From positions 76,074,001-76,138,000 of the forward strand of contig CM060732.1 in NCBI GenBank assembly GCA_030704615.1: a DNA stretch of 64,000 bases. Direction: 5' to 3'. This document shows, one piece after another, positions 61,409 to 64,000 of the stretch. The notes under the pieces were generated by a model. The model was given only the letters and a program-made list of their open reading frames with translations, made no database searches and was not told the DNA's origin. Origin of the DNA: Takakia lepidozioides (lineage: Eukaryota > Plantae > Bryophyta). Position 1 is the stretch's first letter; the number at the start of each line of letters is the position of its first letter. The position numbers and the translations under genes were made by a program.

Positions 61409-62368
61409 TGTGAGTCTCCTTCGTTTGGACACAAAAGTGTAGTTTTGCATCTAACACACTCTCGACTTGCGAATTTTCAGCATGATCTTGTAACATTGTG
61501 GTTTTCCATTTATTATTTACATATCATCTGCGCTACTCTGGTCCAAGATCTGAATGTACCACTCTATGAGGTTTGAATTTGTGCGAGATACAAAAATTGT
61601 TTGTAGTCTAGAGGAATTATTCATGCATATCCTCCCATCTGAGTTCTCCTTTCCCCTGGCTATTTCTGTGTTGCTTAGTGGTAGCTGATTTGTTGCCTAC
61701 CCATCCAGAGGATTGTTACCTCTGTGAGACTTTTTTGTTCAGACACAAAAGTGTAGTTTTGCATAAATTTAACATGTGACTCTCGACTTGCGAATTTTCA
61801 GCAGGATCTTGTAACATTGTGGTTTTTCACTTATTATTACATATTGCCAAGTTCGCTACTCTGGTCCAAGCTTGATCTGAATGTACCACTCTATGAGGTT
61901 TGAATGTATGTAAGATACTCAGAAATTGCTCCACTTCATAGTCTATAGAAAGTATTCATGCATATCCTCCCAGAGTTCTGCTTTCCTGTGGCTATTTCTG
62001 TCTTGCTTAGTGGTAGCTGATATGTTGCCTACCCATCCAGAGGATTTTTACCTCTGTGAGACTCCTTCGTTTAGTCACAAAAGTATAGTTTTGCATTTAC
62101 CACACTCTCAACCTGCAAACTTTCAGCAGGATCTTATCACCATGTGGTTTTTATTTATTATTACATATTGCCTCCACTACTCTGGTCCAAGATCTGAATG
62201 TACCACTCTATGAGGTTTGAATGTATGTTAGATATTCAGAAATTGCTCTACTTTGTAGTCTAGAGGAAGTATTCAAGAATATCCTCCCAAAGTTCTGCTT
62301 TCCCGTGGCTATTTCTATGTTGCTTAGTGATAGCTGATATGTTGCCTTATACCCACCTAGAGGATTTT
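61409..62368. repeat. Three tandem copies of a ~315-330 bp unit
   Basis: tgtgag.ct..ttcgtt..acacaaaagtgtagttttgcat...gatctgaatgtaccactctatgaggtttga starts at about 61409, 61723 and 62054. Confidence 0.85.
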
Positions 62369-63096
62369 GGCCTAGCTCTTTCTAGGTGAATTGTGGCCAT
62401 TGTGAGAGAGGTCATTTGACAGCCACTTCAACGCCTTGATACACAAGGACCAGGTGTCAAAATGTGTTGAGATGCAAAATCCTAAGGAAGTGGTTGTCTG
62501 AGAATAATCTTCAATCTTTTGGGGATCCCTGTCCACCCTTCTTTGGCTTTTGCCCCCCTCACTACATCAGGATCTTCCTCATGCTAAAATACTATCTATT
62601 GACACATCCTCTGCAATTTTGTTGGCAACTTCACTGTTGTTCTTCAGTCATGTGCAGCTTCAAGATTTGACTGCTTTGACACAAACCTTGATGTGCTTCC
62701 TCAACTTACATTTTCTGTAGCTAGGTCGACCTTCTTTCGCTGGCCTAAGTTCACAAAGGAATGTTGACTATGAAAGTTTGGAGAGAGTTTCTACTTCTCC
62801 CATTTATTCGAACCTGAAATATGACATGGGTATATAGGTCTTTTCTGGAGATCCCATGAAATTAGAACCCGTACCTGCGTAGACAACCAGGTTTTTCTCT
62901 TGCTACCTTTTAAATTGGCCATAACTTTTGCTGGGCAGATCAGATTAAACTTAACCCTCAACCAATTTTGCTCAACATCCAACCAAACATAATGAAACCC
63001 TGTAAGACTTTATTTACAACATGTACAATGGGTGAACATACATAGGATGAGAAGTTCCAAAAAAAGAGGGGGGGGGAGGAACAAGAAACAAGAGAA

Positions 63097-63208
63097 AAAA
63101 ACAAAAAGTTATAGTAAGCTACTCAGCTAGAGAAGAAAACAAAAGCTATAGTAAGCTACTCAATCAGAGACGAAAACAAAAGCGATAGTAAGCTACTCAA
63201 GCAGAGCG
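63097..63208. repeat. 3 x ~37-bp tandem repeat
   Basis: aaaacaaaagctatagtaagctactca..agag is repeated. Confidence 0.8.
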
Positions 63209-64000
63209 ACCCTCTCAGCCAACAGCCTGGGGGGTGCACCCTAGCCAACTTGTACCAGCCACGTGCGTGCACAGGAGGGGGGTATTTTTAACCCCCCCTG
63301 TACAACATTATTCTAGCGACGACCGAAGGTCGAGAGCTAGTTTAGCGTAGAGCAGGAATAGGGTGCCATAGTGCCACATCATCATCGCCACGTGTCGTCG
63401 CCACGTTTCGTACGTCGTCAATTTCTTTCTATCTGCCCAGATTGCCCGAAAAATCCGAAAATAACTTCTTGGACGGTACTTCGTCGAGACTGACCCTTTT
63501 CCTCCCTGCTTCTGTTTGATGTTCAAAGGAGAGAGAGAGAGAGCGCAAGCGCAATGGCTACATAGGTTGATAAGGCCTGGCATTTAGAACAGGTTTAGAT
63601 AGGTTTGGCAGAGCTCGACTGTGCGGAGGGCATTTCTTCAAACGGCGCATCCAGGAGAGCGTTCTCCAGTGAGAATCCCAGGGAAAAAGGTGAGCATATT
63701 TATCCTTCACAATGGTGGGACAACCTACATATCAAGGTTTAGAGGGTTTACCCCTAGGACGCCTCTCTTTCTTCTTACATGATGTGAAGAAGGTTTTCTG
63801 TTCTGCAAAAGTGGCTGTCCCTGTCTGTATCATAGGTTGTTGTTCCTAAACAGGCCATGAAATTGCATTGCGCAAGGGTTTTCTTGGTGTTTACAAGGTA
63901 CTTGGGAGGGTCTTCTTGGTTTTGGGAGGCCGTCTTATTGATAGCTACAAGAAACCTGCATGAGTAGATGGTCAACTGCAAGCAAGCAGCAGGGGCACAA

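Noticed and set aside
63268-63304. Hairpin tgcacaggagggggg...ccccccctgtaca as a terminator or MITE
   Set aside because: It is too short and isolated, has no TSD, and intrinsic terminators are not expected in this eukaryotic context.

Overview
Repeat-rich eukaryotic DNA from a non-seed land plant, probably a bryophyte. This is inferred from PLS-type PPR repeats, an F-box gene, spliceosomal introns and the retroelement types. The window is a stack of nested, mostly degenerate transposons. (1) Two copies of a ~12 kb Mutator-like (MULE) DNA transposon lie at 1-~12710 (left end off-window) and 45250-57373. Each has a DDE/SWIM transposase on +. On -, each has an intron-containing accessory gene that joins a ParB/Srx-like domain (DGNHR) to a beta-class N4C/N6A DNA methyltransferase-like domain. 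Three non-coding tandem arrays are built on the palindrome GGAAATTCGGCGCCGAATTTCC. (2) A CRE-like LINE with a restriction-like endonuclease (RLE) is split by (3) a large Dualen/RandI-like LINE (ORF1, APE, RT, RNase H, CCHC, RLE). The Dualen-like LINE contains (4) a Ty3/gypsy element carrying a Dnmt3-like C5 cytosine methyltransferase between protease and RT, and (5) a 1.05 kb non-autonomous CACTA element. (6) A second Ty3/gypsy element has a truncated integrase that abuts an orphan SSB-like ORF. The right end holds PPR and F-box pseudogenes and small tandem repeats. The best candidate for an undescribed system is the MULE with its ParB-like/methyltransferase gene and palindrome arrays. All domain calls come from motif recognition by eye; no database search was run.
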